Origin: Candidatus Magasanikiibacteriota bacterium
Lineage (GTDB): Bacteria > Patescibacteriota > Patescibacteriia > Magasanikbacterales > UBA922
Length of the DNA stretch: 64,000 bases
NCBI GenBank assembly: GCA_018650645.1
Contig: JABIFP010000027.1
Span: forward strand, 24,379-88,378
Reading direction: 5' to 3'
Shown: positions 8,308 through 18,371 of the stretch, one piece after another
How positions within the stretch are numbered: position 1 is the stretch's first letter
Layout: the number at the start of each line of letters is the position of its first letter
Translations under genes and position numbers: made by a program
Notes under the pieces: generated by a model
The model's database searches: none
Told to the model about the DNA's origin: nothing
What the model saw: only the letters and a program-made list of their open reading frames with translations

Positions 8308-8880
8308 ATGGACAAGCTAATCACGGCCAACCAGATCTTCGAGCTCCTCGGAGAGAACAAGCTCGGGCGCATTACCCGGGATCAACTGCAGGCGTTTTTG
8401 ATGTACCCTCTGGGCTGGAGGAACACCGGCGAGATCATCGAGTACGATCTCAAGCTCGGGCGCGATGCGATTAGTGCGCACGTGGCCGAAGGCAACTACG
8501 AGCACTTCGTCAGCCCTAACATCAGCACATTAGTCCACCACCTCGCCGGGCGGGGCTTTCGCACGGTGAGGTTCAAGCTTGTCCCGGGCAAGCTGTTCCA
8601 GAAACCTGAGCCGCACTTCCACTACTGCGAACGCGAGGACTTCCAGCTGTACTGCCAAGATCACCAACTCCGAGAGCCCAACGCGGCCGAGGCGACGCTG
8701 TACCCCGCCATGGACAGGCAGGTCGGGATCAAGAGCGGACCGCTGTACGCCTTCATCCACGAAGAGGATGCAATGTTCTCCGTGAGTTCTGAAGATGGCA
8801 AACGACAGCTCCTCTGGCAGAAAGCCAGCTGTACTCGTGGCTACTCTAGCGACCGGCTGTTCCTGGCCGTCTGCGTTTAG
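8308..8880 (+). CDS. hypothetical protein in GC-rich islet
   Basis: 190 aa. AGGA SD about 10 nt upstream. Balanced amino-acid composition. The antisense ORF 8530..9084 is R/G/P-rich and judged spurious. Downstream hairpin CCCCCGAC-GTA-GTCGGGGG at about 8936-8955. Confidence 0.5.
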   Translation: MDKLITANQIFELLGENKLGRITRDQLQAFLMYPLGWRNTGEIIEYDLKLGRDAISAHVAEGNYEHFVSPNISTLVHHLAGRGFRTVRFKLVPGKLFQKPEPHFHYCEREDFQLYCQDHQLREPNAAEATLYPAMDRQVGIKSGPLYAFIHEEDAMFSVSSEDGKRQLLWQKASCTRGYSSDRLFLAVCV

Positions 8881-9205
8881 TCGCTTGGGTCCTTGCGGAC
8901 TTTGCCCTCGGGCATTGGTTCCTTGGACACTTGGTTTCTTCCCCCGACGTAGTCGGGGGTCGACGCCGACCGGGCGACTACCTACACCCCGTGTGTGAAA
9001 GTTCGAAAGAACGAGTAACGCGCGGGTTTTTTCATATTCAAAAATTTTGTATAAAGAAAGAATTGTCGCTATCGCAAGCAGCATAATTTCTTTGTCACAT
9101 ATTGCAAAAAATAAAGCTACAATAAATTGCCAGGTTAATTTTCACTTTGCTACGTTAAGCAAAGAATCAAGGATTCTGTTTCGAACTACATCCAGCTGCC
9201 CGAGC

Positions 9206-9240
9206 AAAAAAAAGAAGATGCACTTGCATCTTCTTTTTTG
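9206..9240 (+). terminator. terminator-like hairpin AAGATGCA-CTT-GCATCTT flanked by A8 and T6, next to a degenerate copy of the tRNA-Asn 3' end
   Basis: Region 9165-9245 aligns imperfectly to 7905-7975 (GCCCG-AGCAAAAAAAA-GAAG ... CTTCTTTTTTGTT). Confidence 0.5.
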
Positions 9241-9350
9241 TTACCTTCAATTGCTTCAACGTATTAAAGCGATATTTAGGTAGGGATCTTGCGATCCCTG
9301 ACCTCCTTTCGTCAGTTGTTGTTTGGTTCATTCAGCCAGCGGTGTTGCCG

Positions 9351-9872
9351 CTAGCCCATGCTGATGTGCATGACCAGCACCGACTCGACGTCGAAGCTGT
9401 GCGGGTGCACCAGGGGCAGGTCGGCGGCCAGGGCCGTCTTCATGATGCCGATCGCCGTGGGGATGTCCATGAGGGACTTGCCCACGATATCCACCATAGC
9501 GCTGAGCGTACCGCTGAAGCAGCAGGTGGTGAGCCCACGCTTGTCTTCGTCACGCCGGATCACGAGGCACTGGTCCTCGATCACGGCGGTGAAGCCCTGC
9601 ATGGTGCACGCACCCGGGTAGCTGCGGACGAGCTCCGCAATAGCGGCGGCGTCCTTCGGCAGGTCCTTGCCCACCTTCCGGAGGAAGGGGGCGCCGATCT
9701 CGATGATGTCGAGATCTCGGCTGTCGGCCAGGTGACCGACCTCGGCGTTCAGCATCTGGCGCGTGTAGATCAGCTGCGACTCGTAGTCGTCATGATCCGT
9801 GACGTTGCCCTGCTTGATGCCGAGAGCCTGGAGAAGCGGGTTGTTCCCGCTGGTGAAGGAAACTTCCTTCAT
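9351..9872 (-). CDS. hypothetical protein in GC-rich islet
   Basis: 173 aa with protein-like composition. The overlapping plus-strand ORF 9342..9935 is H/R/G/D-rich and judged spurious. The GC-rich block runs about 9285-9960. Confidence 0.5.
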   Translation of the reverse strand: MKEVSFTSGNNPLLQALGIKQGNVTDHDDYESQLIYTRQMLNAEVGHLADSRDLDIIEIGAPFLRKVGKDLPKDAAAIAELVRSYPGACTMQGFTAVIEDQCLVIRRDEDKRGLTTCCFSGTLSAMVDIVGKSLMDIPTAIGIMKTALAADLPLVHPHSFDVESVLVMHISMG

Positions 9873-10089
9873 GATGCATCCGTTTCTAGAAAACTGACTT
9901 CAGCTCGTTGCTGTCCCCAAGTCGTTCTCTTGTAGTGGTTGTGAGGGGAAGAAAAGCTTGTGATGACCTTTCTTCCTCCCAAAACAGATTGATATAGGAC
10001 TATAGACTATATTCACACTTTTGTCAATGATCGAGTAAAATTGTTATACACATAGGGCATTCACCAGAATTCCTCTATACTGCATATAT

Positions 10090-10446
10090 ATGAAACAACT
10101 TCTCTTTGTCTACAATGCAGATTCGGGTCTCTTTAATGCGCTCACTGATGCTGCGCATAAGGTTCTTTCGCCAAAAACATATTCCTGTGCACTCTGTAAG
10201 TTGACGCACGGCTCTGTAAGTATGAAAAAAGAATGGGCTGATTATATTGCTTCACTGCCAATACAAAGCACGTTTTTGCATAAAGACGAACTGCCAAAAG
10301 ATTTTGCCATTGGAGGATTGGAGCTACCCGCGGTATTACTAAAAGAGGGTAATAGTGCTGATATATTGATTTCTGCTACAGAGCTCGAGCAAACAGCGTC
10401 ATTAGAAAACCTGATTTCATTACTCTCTGATCGTCTGTCTTTATGA
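10090..10446 (+). CDS. hypothetical protein (contains CALC motif; possibly thioredoxin-fold, unverified)
   Basis: 118-aa ORF immediately upstream of a secreted protein and the TlpA/CcdA pair. Host-like composition. Confidence 0.5.
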   Translation: MKQLLFVYNADSGLFNALTDAAHKVLSPKTYSCALCKLTHGSVSMKKEWADYIASLPIQSTFLHKDELPKDFAIGGLELPAVLLKEGNSADILISATELEQTASLENLISLLSDRLSL

Positions 10447-11426
10447 AAAAATTAGAAATTATTATTGCTGTATTGCTACTATTTGGTACGGGATTATATT
10501 TAGTACTGACAAATAGTGGCAAGTCAGAATTGCCTGTTCTCAATCGAGCTGATCAGGTAGCTGAGCAAGAGATTTCAGGCAAGGCACACCCAACGCCGCT
10601 CGTTGATCCTTCAGAGATTATTGGCGGTGGTCCGCCGCAAGATGGTATCCCTTCAATTGATGCCCCTCTCTTTGATGCCGCTTCAGAAGTTGATTATTTA
10701 GATGAAACAGAACCAGGAATTGCGCTTTCAATTGGTGGTACGCATCGATTTTATCCGTATCAAATTTTGGTATGGCATGAAATTGTAAACGATACGATGG
10801 ATGGATCAAGAGTACTTATTACATATTGTCCACTTTGTTTTTCAGGCATTGTATTTGATCCAATTGTAAAAGGAGAAGAAGTGGAATTTGGTACAAGTGG
10901 AAAGCTGTGGCAATCGAATTTGGTGATGTATGACAGAAAAACACGGTCGTATTGGTCACAAATTTTAGGGCAAGCGATTATGGGAGAAGTAGCAGGGCAA
11001 TCACTTAATATTATTCCTTCAGACATCATGACCTTTGGCGAGTGGAGCGAATTGTATCCGAATGGGCAAGTGCTCTCACGTGACACGGGGTTTGTGCGAT
11101 TTTACGGAGCGGATCCATATGGGGACTACTATACAACTCCCGGGACAATTTTTGATGTGCGCGCAAGTGATGACAGACTGCATGAAAAAGAAGTGGTGTT
11201 AGGAGTTGTGGTAGACGGAAGCGCACATGCGTGGAAGACAAGTACAATAGAAGAGATGGGAACTATAGAGGCTGTTGTTGGTGAAAAACAGCTTATAGCT
11301 ACATACAATGAGGAAAAGAAGACTATCAGAATTACAGATGCGCAGTCAGGAGATATAGTAGGTGCATCACCGACATTTTGGTTTGCTTGGGTAGCCGCGT
11401 ATCCAGAAACTGGTTTATCACAGTAA
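10443..11426 (+). CDS. hypothetical secreted protein (N-terminal signal/TM anchor)
   Basis: 327 aa. N-terminal hydrophobic helix followed by a soluble domain. Start overlaps the upstream stop (ATGA). Confidence 0.6.
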   Translation: MKKLEIIIAVLLLFGTGLYLVLTNSGKSELPVLNRADQVAEQEISGKAHPTPLVDPSEIIGGGPPQDGIPSIDAPLFDAASEVDYLDETEPGIALSIGGTHRFYPYQILVWHEIVNDTMDGSRVLITYCPLCFSGIVFDPIVKGEEVEFGTSGKLWQSNLVMYDRKTRSYWSQILGQAIMGEVAGQSLNIIPSDIMTFGEWSELYPNGQVLSRDTGFVRFYGADPYGDYYTTPGTIFDVRASDDRLHEKEVVLGVVVDGSAHAWKTSTIEEMGTIEAVVGEKQLIATYNEEKKTIRITDAQSGDIVGASPTFWFAWVAAYPETGLSQ

Positions 11427-11427
11427 T

Positions 11428-11901
11428 ATGAAATATATTCTTTCAATTGTAGCGGCATTGATACTGTCTGGATGTGGTCATGTATTGCCAGATCAGCATC
11501 CTGTAATGGATGTGCCTTTTGAAAATGATGTGCAAGAGGAAATCACTCTCTCATCATTTGACACACCGCTTGTAGTGAATGCCTGGGCCTCCTGGTGCGA
11601 ATTCTGTAAAAGAGAATTACCAGATTTTATTTCTTTAACCGATCAGTATCCAGACATAACATTTGTTGCCATAAATAGGGGAGAGAGTGCAGAGGCTGCA
11701 AGTGACTACATAGCAACTATTGCTGATAATGAAGCACTTACATGGCTCCGCGATCCCGATGATGACTTTTACAAAGCAATAGGTGGATTCGCCATGCCAG
11801 AAACAATCTTCGTATCAAAGGAAGGAAAAATCCTTCTACATAAACGTGGATTCATGACGAAAGATCAAATGACGGATATAATTAATGAACACCTCAATTA
11901 A
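11428..11901 (+). CDS. TlpA/ResA-family thiol-disulfide oxidoreductase lipoprotein
   Basis: Lipobox LILSGCG. WCEFC active site in a thioredoxin-fold context. Confidence 0.8.
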   Translation: MKYILSIVAALILSGCGHVLPDQHPVMDVPFENDVQEEITLSSFDTPLVVNAWASWCEFCKRELPDFISLTDQYPDITFVAINRGESAEAASDYIATIADNEALTWLRDPDDDFYKAIGGFAMPETIFVSKEGKILLHKRGFMTKDQMTDIINEHLN

Positions 11902-12676
11902 TATGGAAATAGAAGCTATTAGCCTTATCATCCCAGCATTTATTGCCGGATTACTCACGTTTCTTGCGCCATGTACGCTTCCGCTTGTACCCGGCTTCTT
12001 AGGATTTATTGCTGGAGTTTCAGCAAAAGAACTTGCAGGTGAAGGAGTGAAACTTTCTGCAAGAAAACGCGTGCTTAAAAACGGCCTCATGTACGTACTA
12101 GGGTTTTCTGTTGTCTTTATACTCCTTGGGTCGTTATTCGGCGCTGCGGGTGCATTTTTGGCGCCATACAGAGTCTGGTTATCGCGTATTGGTGGTGTAG
12201 TTATCATCTTTTTTGGTCTGTATTTAATGCATGCATTTGATCTCAAGTTTTTGCAATTTCTTAGCAGGCAAAAAAGATTTTCGTTTACAAAAAAACTTAC
12301 TCCAGGTAAGCCATTATCATCATTTGTATTTGGTGCCACGTTTGCTCTTGGATGGACACCTTGTGTTGGGCCAGTGCTTGGAACAGTATTACTGCTCGCT
12401 TCTACCAGCGGACAGGTACTTCAAGGAGCCTTCTTGCTTGCTGTGTTTTCAGCAGGACTCGCGATTCCATTCTTACTACTAGCACTTGGAATTGGACATG
12501 CCCAGGCATATGTCAGAAAGCTTTCTAAAGTACTCAATATTATTTCTATTGTTGGCGGGGTATTCCTCATCTTTATTGGAGTACTCCTTTTGACTGATTC
12601 TTTTGGTGCCTGGATTGGGACATTCTATCAGTACTTTAACTTCTTAAATGCTGATGCACTTCTTAACTATCTATAA
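11885..12676 (+). CDS. ccdA: cytochrome c-type biogenesis protein CcdA (DsbD transmembrane domain)
   Basis: Two conserved cysteines in TM segments (LAPCTLPLVPG and GWTPCVGPVLG). About six TM helices. Confidence 0.85.
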   Translation: MNTSINMEIEAISLIIPAFIAGLLTFLAPCTLPLVPGFLGFIAGVSAKELAGEGVKLSARKRVLKNGLMYVLGFSVVFILLGSLFGAAGAFLAPYRVWLSRIGGVVIIFFGLYLMHAFDLKFLQFLSRQKRFSFTKKLTPGKPLSSFVFGATFALGWTPCVGPVLGTVLLLASTSGQVLQGAFLLAVFSAGLAIPFLLLALGIGHAQAYVRKLSKVLNIISIVGGVFLIFIGVLLLTDSFGAWIGTFYQYFNFLNADALLNYL

Positions 12677-13091
12677 ACTTCTTATAGGCAGCAACACAAT
12701 CAATTATCATATTTTTTGAGCAGTGCTCAGGCAGATCATCGATTGAAAACCACCGTAATTCATCACACTTATGGGGCTCCAAATTTGTTGGGGTTCCTTT
12801 TATTGTTGCGACGTAGTCAATAGATAGCCAATGCTGTTTTTCATCAGGTAAGATATGATCGTATACGCGCAATTCTCTGACCGATGTCATCTCGCAACCA
12901 ATCTCCTCTAAGATCTCTCTTCTGAGAGCTTTCTCTCTTGTCTCACCAAATTCAACGCTTCCACCAGGTTTACTCCAGCAGTTAGGTTCTACTTTTGCCG
13001 TTGCTGGTCTATGCAACAGCAAGACCTCCTTTTTTTCGTTCACAATTAAGGCACCAACGCCAATGCCTATATAATCGATACCCTGTTTCAT
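12663..13091 (-). CDS. NUDIX hydrolase
   Basis: Nudix box GGSVEFGETREKALRREILEEIG. Confidence 0.8.
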   Translation of the reverse strand: MKQGIDYIGIGVGALIVNEKKEVLLLHRPATAKVEPNCWSKPGGSVEFGETREKALRREILEEIGCEMTSVRELRVYDHILPDEKQHWLSIDYVATIKGTPTNLEPHKCDELRWFSIDDLPEHCSKNMIIDCVAAYKKFIDS

Positions 13092-13098
13092 ATGTTCA

Positions 13099-14502
13099 CT
13101 ATAAGAATTTCACAATGATCTGTGAATAGATAGTGTACGCGCTAAACACGGCAAATACAAGGAAAATAGTCAGCATAACGAGCTTGCGGAACATACCCGG
13201 CTGTACTGGCTTTGGAAGGGCTACTCGATTAAGAATTTGTACAAGACCAATATGTACAAACATGGCAAATGCATTGATTACCGCCCCAAGGATGATGAGA
13301 AGCTTAGGCTCCGTGATCCCAATGAGGAATAAGAAAATGCCAAACGCAATTTGCGCCCATAAAAAGGTAAAGTAATATTTTGAAAGATTGACAGTGGTTT
13401 TCTTATGTTTCGCAATTGATCGGAGTGCAGCATTTTCTGCCATGATACGACTTGTAGAATCGAGCACACCAAGCTGTGTTTGGAATAACATTACTGTTAC
13501 TGCAATCAAGAACAGAGCACCTACAAAAGGGGAGAGTGTGCTACTCAGTAGCGTTCCCTGATTCATAACAAACTGAATGCCTTCTAGATTGGTAGGATTA
13601 CCAAAGGTAAGCACATAAGAAAGCAGCATTAAAAGCATCATCGCAAGCGCACCTAAGAACCAGAATACAATACCGTGCTCAATATTAATGCGTCTCCACC
13701 AGACATCAAATCGACTAAGATTTTCTTTTGTGAGCGCAAAGTCATGTCCTTCTAAACGAATCTGCTTATGTCCACCTTTTTTTCTAAAGAGTCCAGAAAT
13801 GCGTTCAGAATATGCACCCATGCCGTAGCCTTTTTCTTTTACATAAATCGATTGTGTCAGATTGAGGTTTCCACCAGCTCCAGAGTAGGCAAATGCGGCA
13901 AAAAAGGCTGCAAACGGAATTCCTGCAGGAAGCCATCTGTATCCATCACCATGCCCACCAATACCCTGAAGGAGCGCTGTCCAATCGGCCTTTGTTGCAA
14001 GGTACAATGCCAACACAAGAATGAACGGTACACAGATAAAAATAACTCGCGTAGTAAGCCACTCCATCATGCCGTACACCGTTTTTCCGAGTGAAAGAAA
14101 GATACCAATTCCAATGAGCATGATAATTGCAAGGAATGCATGCGATTCAAATCCAAGAAGTGAAGCGAATACCTGCGCAGAGGCTGCAATGATACCCGGA
14201 AGCCCAAACCCAACAAAGGTAGAAAAGATGAACCATGCTGGTGCCGCCTTCCACATTTTTGCAAGACCGACAAATACACTTTCTCCCTTAACTAATCCAT
14301 ACCGTTCAATCTCCATGTTCATAAAGAACTGGAACGTAATACCAAGGAGCGCACCCCATGCAATTCCAAGTCCGTAGTTCGAAGCCAAATATGGCCAAAG
14401 GATAACCTCACCAGAACCGAGTCCTAGCGCAAGGATAATAAAACTTGGTCCAATCAGCTTTTTGAGCGGCAGTGGCTTTGGAAACGGTTTCTTATGTGAC
14501 AT
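13099..14502 (-). CDS. polytopic membrane transporter-like protein (NRAMP/APC-like fold suggested; canonical DPGN motif absent)
   Basis: 467 aa with about 11 hydrophobic helices. N-terminal GPSFIILALGLGSG resembles the NRAMP TM1 region but lacks DPGN. Confidence 0.55.
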   Translation of the reverse strand: MSHKKPFPKPLPLKKLIGPSFIILALGLGSGEVILWPYLASNYGLGIAWGALLGITFQFFMNMEIERYGLVKGESVFVGLAKMWKAAPAWFIFSTFVGFGLPGIIAASAQVFASLLGFESHAFLAIIMLIGIGIFLSLGKTVYGMMEWLTTRVIFICVPFILVLALYLATKADWTALLQGIGGHGDGYRWLPAGIPFAAFFAAFAYSGAGGNLNLTQSIYVKEKGYGMGAYSERISGLFRKKGGHKQIRLEGHDFALTKENLSRFDVWWRRINIEHGIVFWFLGALAMMLLMLLSYVLTFGNPTNLEGIQFVMNQGTLLSSTLSPFVGALFLIAVTVMLFQTQLGVLDSTSRIMAENAALRSIAKHKKTTVNLSKYYFTFLWAQIAFGIFLFLIGITEPKLLIILGAVINAFAMFVHIGLVQILNRVALPKPVQPGMFRKLVMLTIFLVFAVFSAYTIYSQIIVKFL

Positions 14503-14535
14503 ACAGGCAATTATAATGCCACTACTATACCATAT

Positions 14536-17500
14536 ATGCGTATAGTTGCCGAGCGCGCGTCTATGCGGTACAATGCACCCACTATGTCAGAATTTGTCCA
14601 TCTACATCAACACACGCACTATTCGCTGCTTAATGGGCTTACAAAAGTAAAGCCTCTTGTGAAGGCCGCAAAGAAGCGTGGATTCAAGGCAGTAGCGCTT
14701 ACAGATTACGGTTCCATGTATGGAGCAATCGAATTTTATAAGGAGTGTAAGAAACAAGAGATCAAACCTCTGATTGGATTTGTGGCCTACATTGCACCGC
14801 GTACCATGCAGGATATGGATCCTGAAAAAGATAAGGATCTGTTTACTCTTGTGTTACATGCAGAAAATACAGAGGGATATAAAAATTTGCTCAAGCTTAC
14901 TTCGGCTGGACATTTAGATGGATTTTATAATGGAAAGCCTCGATTAGATAAAGCGTTACTACGCACATACAGTAGCAGCATTATTGCGCTTTCTGGCGGT
15001 ATTAGTGGAGAAATTCCACAGGCGATTGTTCGTGGTAAATTGGATAAGGCAAGAGAACTCGCAGAAGAGTACAATGATATTTTTGGTCAGGACAATTTCT
15101 ACTTAGAGTTACAAGATCATCCCGCACTGGAGGGACAAATGGCTGTGAATACAGAACTCATCGCCATTTCTAAAGAGCTTAACATTCCAATGGTTGTTAC
15201 GCGTGATATCCATTACCTAAATCCTGATGAAGCAGAGGCACAAGATATTTTGCGCTGTGTTGGAGCCGGATGGAAGGTTGGCTATTCAGATAGAGAGGAT
15301 TTGCGTCATGTGGACCGATCCATGAATAGTGCAGAAGACATTACGTCTCGATTTAGACATGTCCCAGAGGCATTAGAAAATACAGCAAAGATTGCAGCAA
15401 GAATTGATATTAAAATCGAGCTAGATAATTGGCATTTTGCGCCAGTAGAGATTCCAGATGGGACAACGTATGATGAAGTGCTACGTAAAGAAGCGTATAA
15501 ATGCGCACCAGCATTCTATCCAGAAATGGGAGACGTTATTAATGAACGTATTGAATACGAGCTCGATATTATTAAAACAAAAGGATATTCTCCGTACTTT
15601 TTATGTGTAGCAGATTATGTTCGCTATGCAAAATCAAAGGGAATTGTAGAATCTACTCGTGGATCGGCAGCGGGGTCGCTTGTTTCATATGTTATTGGGA
15701 TTACAACTGTAGATCCGATTCGATTTAAATTACCGTTTGAACGATTTTTAAACCCATTCCGTCCGTCTGCTCCTGATGTTGATACAGATTTTGCCGATGA
15801 TAGACGGCAAGAGATGATTGAATACGTAACAGAAAAATACGGAGTAGATAAAGTTGCGCAGATTATTACCTTTGGAACGATGCAGGCGAGAGCTGCGGTG
15901 CGTGATGTTGGACGCGCGCTTGGTCTTTCATACTCGTTTTGTGATCAGGTAGCAAAACTAATTCCAGCAGGGGCACAGGGATTCCCAATGACTTTGGAGC
16001 GCGCAATGGCCGAAGAGCCTGATTTGAAAAAATTGTTTGATACCAATGAAGATGTAAATCGATTGTTAACATTGGCGCAAAAAGTTGAAGGGTGTGCACG
16101 GCATACCTCTATCCATGCCGCCGGTGTGGTTATTTCGCCAACACCACTTACAGACTTTACGCCAGTTCAGAGAGAAACAGGTGGAGATAGATTAGTTACA
16201 CAGTATGAAATGCATTCTGTGGAAGCAGCGGGTGTACTAAAGAATGATTTTTTGGGAATTAGAAATCTTACAATTTTAGGTAAGGCCGTAGAAATTGTAA
16301 AAGCAACAATGAACGAGGATGTTGATATTTATTCGCTTCCACTAGAAGATAAACCAACCTTTGACATGCTTGCACGTGGGGAAACCATGGGAGTATTCCA
16401 AATGGCAAGTTCAGGTATGACACGTTGGTTGAAAGAGCTAGCACCAACAAGTATCGATGACATCATGGCGATGGTAGCCCTGTACCGACCAGGACCGATG
16501 GACTTTATCCCTGAATATATTGAACGAGCGCATGATGCCAGTAAAATTGATTATCCTCATCCGGATTTAGAGGAAATTTTGGAAAAGTCGCTTGGATTAT
16601 TGATTTACCAGGATGACGTGATGCTTACTGCTATTAAGTTAGCAGGATACGATTGGTTAGAAGCGGATAAATTCCGTAAAGCCATGGGAAAAAAGATTCC
16701 TGAGCTGATGAAGGAACAGGAATCGAAGTTTAAGGGTGGTTGTGTAAAGAATGGTATTGCAAAATCAATTGCAGATGAACTTTGGGAACGAATTAAACCG
16801 TTTGCTACGTATGCGTTTAATAAAGCGCATGCTGCGAGTTACGGAATGGTTGCGTACCAAACGGCATACATGAAAGCACATTACCCAGTGCAGTTTATGA
16901 CTGCTATTTTGCATGCAGAAGCCGGTGATATCGAAAAAGTTGCCGCAATTGTTGGCGCTTGTAGGCAAATGAAAATTGAAGTACTTCCACCGGATGTGAA
17001 TGAAAGTTTCAAGAACTTTGCTATGGTAAGTAAAGCGGACGAGAAGCCGGGAAGAATTCGGTTTGGTTTAACAGCAATTAAAAATGTAGGAGAACATATC
17101 TGTGAGGTTATATATAAAGAGAGAAAGGCAAATGGACAATATGCATCGCTTGAAGACCTTTTAGAGAGGGTGCAAGACAAAGACATGAATAAAAGATCAT
17201 TAGATAGTTTGATTAAGGTTGGTGCGCTCGATTGTTTTGGACATGATAGAGGATTACTCATAAGTAACCTTGAGCATTTACAATTTTATAATAAGCAAGT
17301 AAAAGAACACGCTACTTCGCATCAGGATTCACTTTTTGCAGGAACGGCAATTGAATTTGATGAAAAAGTTGTACTTAAGCCAGCAAATGATGCAACCTTA
17401 GATGAAATGCTTACCTGGGAGAAGCAACTCCTTGGGTTATATATCAGTTCGCATCCTGTCATAAAATATGAAAAATATTTTAAAGAATCCCAAACTGCGC

Positions 17501-18093
17501 TTATTGATGTTGAGCATGCTGAGCGAGATGATTGGGTCATAACTCTTGGTGTTATTGAGTACACAAAGAAGAAAATCACCAAAAAAGGAGATGTGATGAT
17601 GTTTGTGACGATTCAGGACACAACAGCAAACATGGAACTTTTGGTATTTCCAAAAACATATGCCAAAACGCAGTCAATTTGGGTAGAAGGAACGGTGGTA
17701 TGCGTAGTTGGTAAAACCCCAAGAGAACATGGGGACAATAAAATATTTGTAGAAAATGCACATGTGCTGGATGAAGCGAATGCAGAAGTGATTGGAAGAC
17801 AGGTTTCAATGGGATCAAGTCACGCCGCTCCAAAGAAGAACTTCCATCAGAGTGCTGAGGCTGTGCCTGAAGAAAAAGAACAATCTCTTACAATTTTTTT
17901 GAGCAAAGCAGATGCGCAGCTCCACGCAGGAAGAATAAAAAGTATTTGCGGTGCGTATCCGGGTGATATGCAGGTAATTATCGATATTGAAGGAGCTAAA
18001 ATAGAGGCAAATTTCACCTGTGATGGCGGATCGGATCTCATCGACGAACTGGAAGATATAGTAGGTCTCTCATCAATTAGCCTTGACAAATAG
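14536..18093 (+). CDS. dnaE: DNA polymerase III alpha subunit DnaE
   Basis: N-terminal PHP domain (FVHLHQHTHYSLLNG). 1185 aa. Polymerase core and OB-fold region. Confidence 0.95.
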   Translation: MRIVAERASMRYNAPTMSEFVHLHQHTHYSLLNGLTKVKPLVKAAKKRGFKAVALTDYGSMYGAIEFYKECKKQEIKPLIGFVAYIAPRTMQDMDPEKDKDLFTLVLHAENTEGYKNLLKLTSAGHLDGFYNGKPRLDKALLRTYSSSIIALSGGISGEIPQAIVRGKLDKARELAEEYNDIFGQDNFYLELQDHPALEGQMAVNTELIAISKELNIPMVVTRDIHYLNPDEAEAQDILRCVGAGWKVGYSDREDLRHVDRSMNSAEDITSRFRHVPEALENTAKIAARIDIKIELDNWHFAPVEIPDGTTYDEVLRKEAYKCAPAFYPEMGDVINERIEYELDIIKTKGYSPYFLCVADYVRYAKSKGIVESTRGSAAGSLVSYVIGITTVDPIRFKLPFERFLNPFRPSAPDVDTDFADDRRQEMIEYVTEKYGVDKVAQIITFGTMQARAAVRDVGRALGLSYSFCDQVAKLIPAGAQGFPMTLERAMAEEPDLKKLFDTNEDVNRLLTLAQKVEGCARHTSIHAAGVVISPTPLTDFTPVQRETGGDRLVTQYEMHSVEAAGVLKNDFLGIRNLTILGKAVEIVKATMNEDVDIYSLPLEDKPTFDMLARGETMGVFQMASSGMTRWLKELAPTSIDDIMAMVALYRPGPMDFIPEYIERAHDASKIDYPHPDLEEILEKSLGLLIYQDDVMLTAIKLAGYDWLEADKFRKAMGKKIPELMKEQESKFKGGCVKNGIAKSIADELWERIKPFATYAFNKAHAASYGMVAYQTAYMKAHYPVQFMTAILHAEAGDIEKVAAIVGACRQMKIEVLPPDVNESFKNFAMVSKADEKPGRIRFGLTAIKNVGEHICEVIYKERKANGQYASLEDLLERVQDKDMNKRSLDSLIKVGALDCFGHDRGLLISNLEHLQFYNKQVKEHATSHQDSLFAGTAIEFDEKVVLKPANDATLDEMLTWEKQLLGLYISSHPVIKYEKYFKESQTALIDVEHAERDDWVITLGVIEYTKKKITKKGDVMMFVTIQDTTANMELLVFPKTYAKTQSIWVEGTVVCVVGKTPREHGDNKIFVENAHVLDEANAEVIGRQVSMGSSHAAPKKNFHQSAEAVPEEKEQSLTIFLSKADAQLHAGRIKSICGAYPGDMQVIIDIEGAKIEANFTCDGGSDLIDELEDIVGLSSISLDK

Positions 18094-18159
18094 GGCTTTT
18101 TAGTGTTTTATACCTTTGGACATAGGGGCCCGTTAGCGCGGGAGAGAGGAAGCGGGGTT

Positions 18160-18297
18160 ATGCCTCGACCGAAGTGTTTCATTTGCAGCAAGAAGAGCGT
18201 CTCCCAAGCGGGACAGGCGTGCAGTGCATGCAAGAGGAAGGCGGAAGCGGAGACGCGTCAAGCTGACTCGGTCCGTCGCGGCAAGCGCCATCGATAG
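18160..18297 (+). CDS. small basic zinc-ribbon protein (CxxC...CxxC), GC-rich islet
   Basis: 45-aa MPRPKCFICSKK...CSACKRK... Strong SD GAGAGAGGAAG 8 nt upstream. Terminator hairpin at 18372-18400. The track ORF 18103..18297 contains this internal start. Confidence 0.4.
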   Translation: MPRPKCFICSKKSVSQAGQACSACKRKAEAETRQADSVRRGKRHR

Positions 18298-18371
18298 AGC
18301 ATAAGCGGCAAAGCACCATCGGTAGAGTATATTTCAACCTCAAGTCCTACAGGAGAAAGGAGGGCTATATA

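Noticed and set aside
8530-9084. 184-aa minus-strand ORF overlapping the 8308..8880 gene
   Set aside because: Arg/Gly/Pro-rich composition. Overlaps a better-supported ORF with an SD. Likely a GC-rich antisense artefact.
9342-9935. 197-aa plus-strand ORF overlapping the 9351..9872 minus-strand gene
   Set aside because: His/Arg/Asp/Gly-rich, repetitive, with no SD. The minus-strand frame has protein-like composition.
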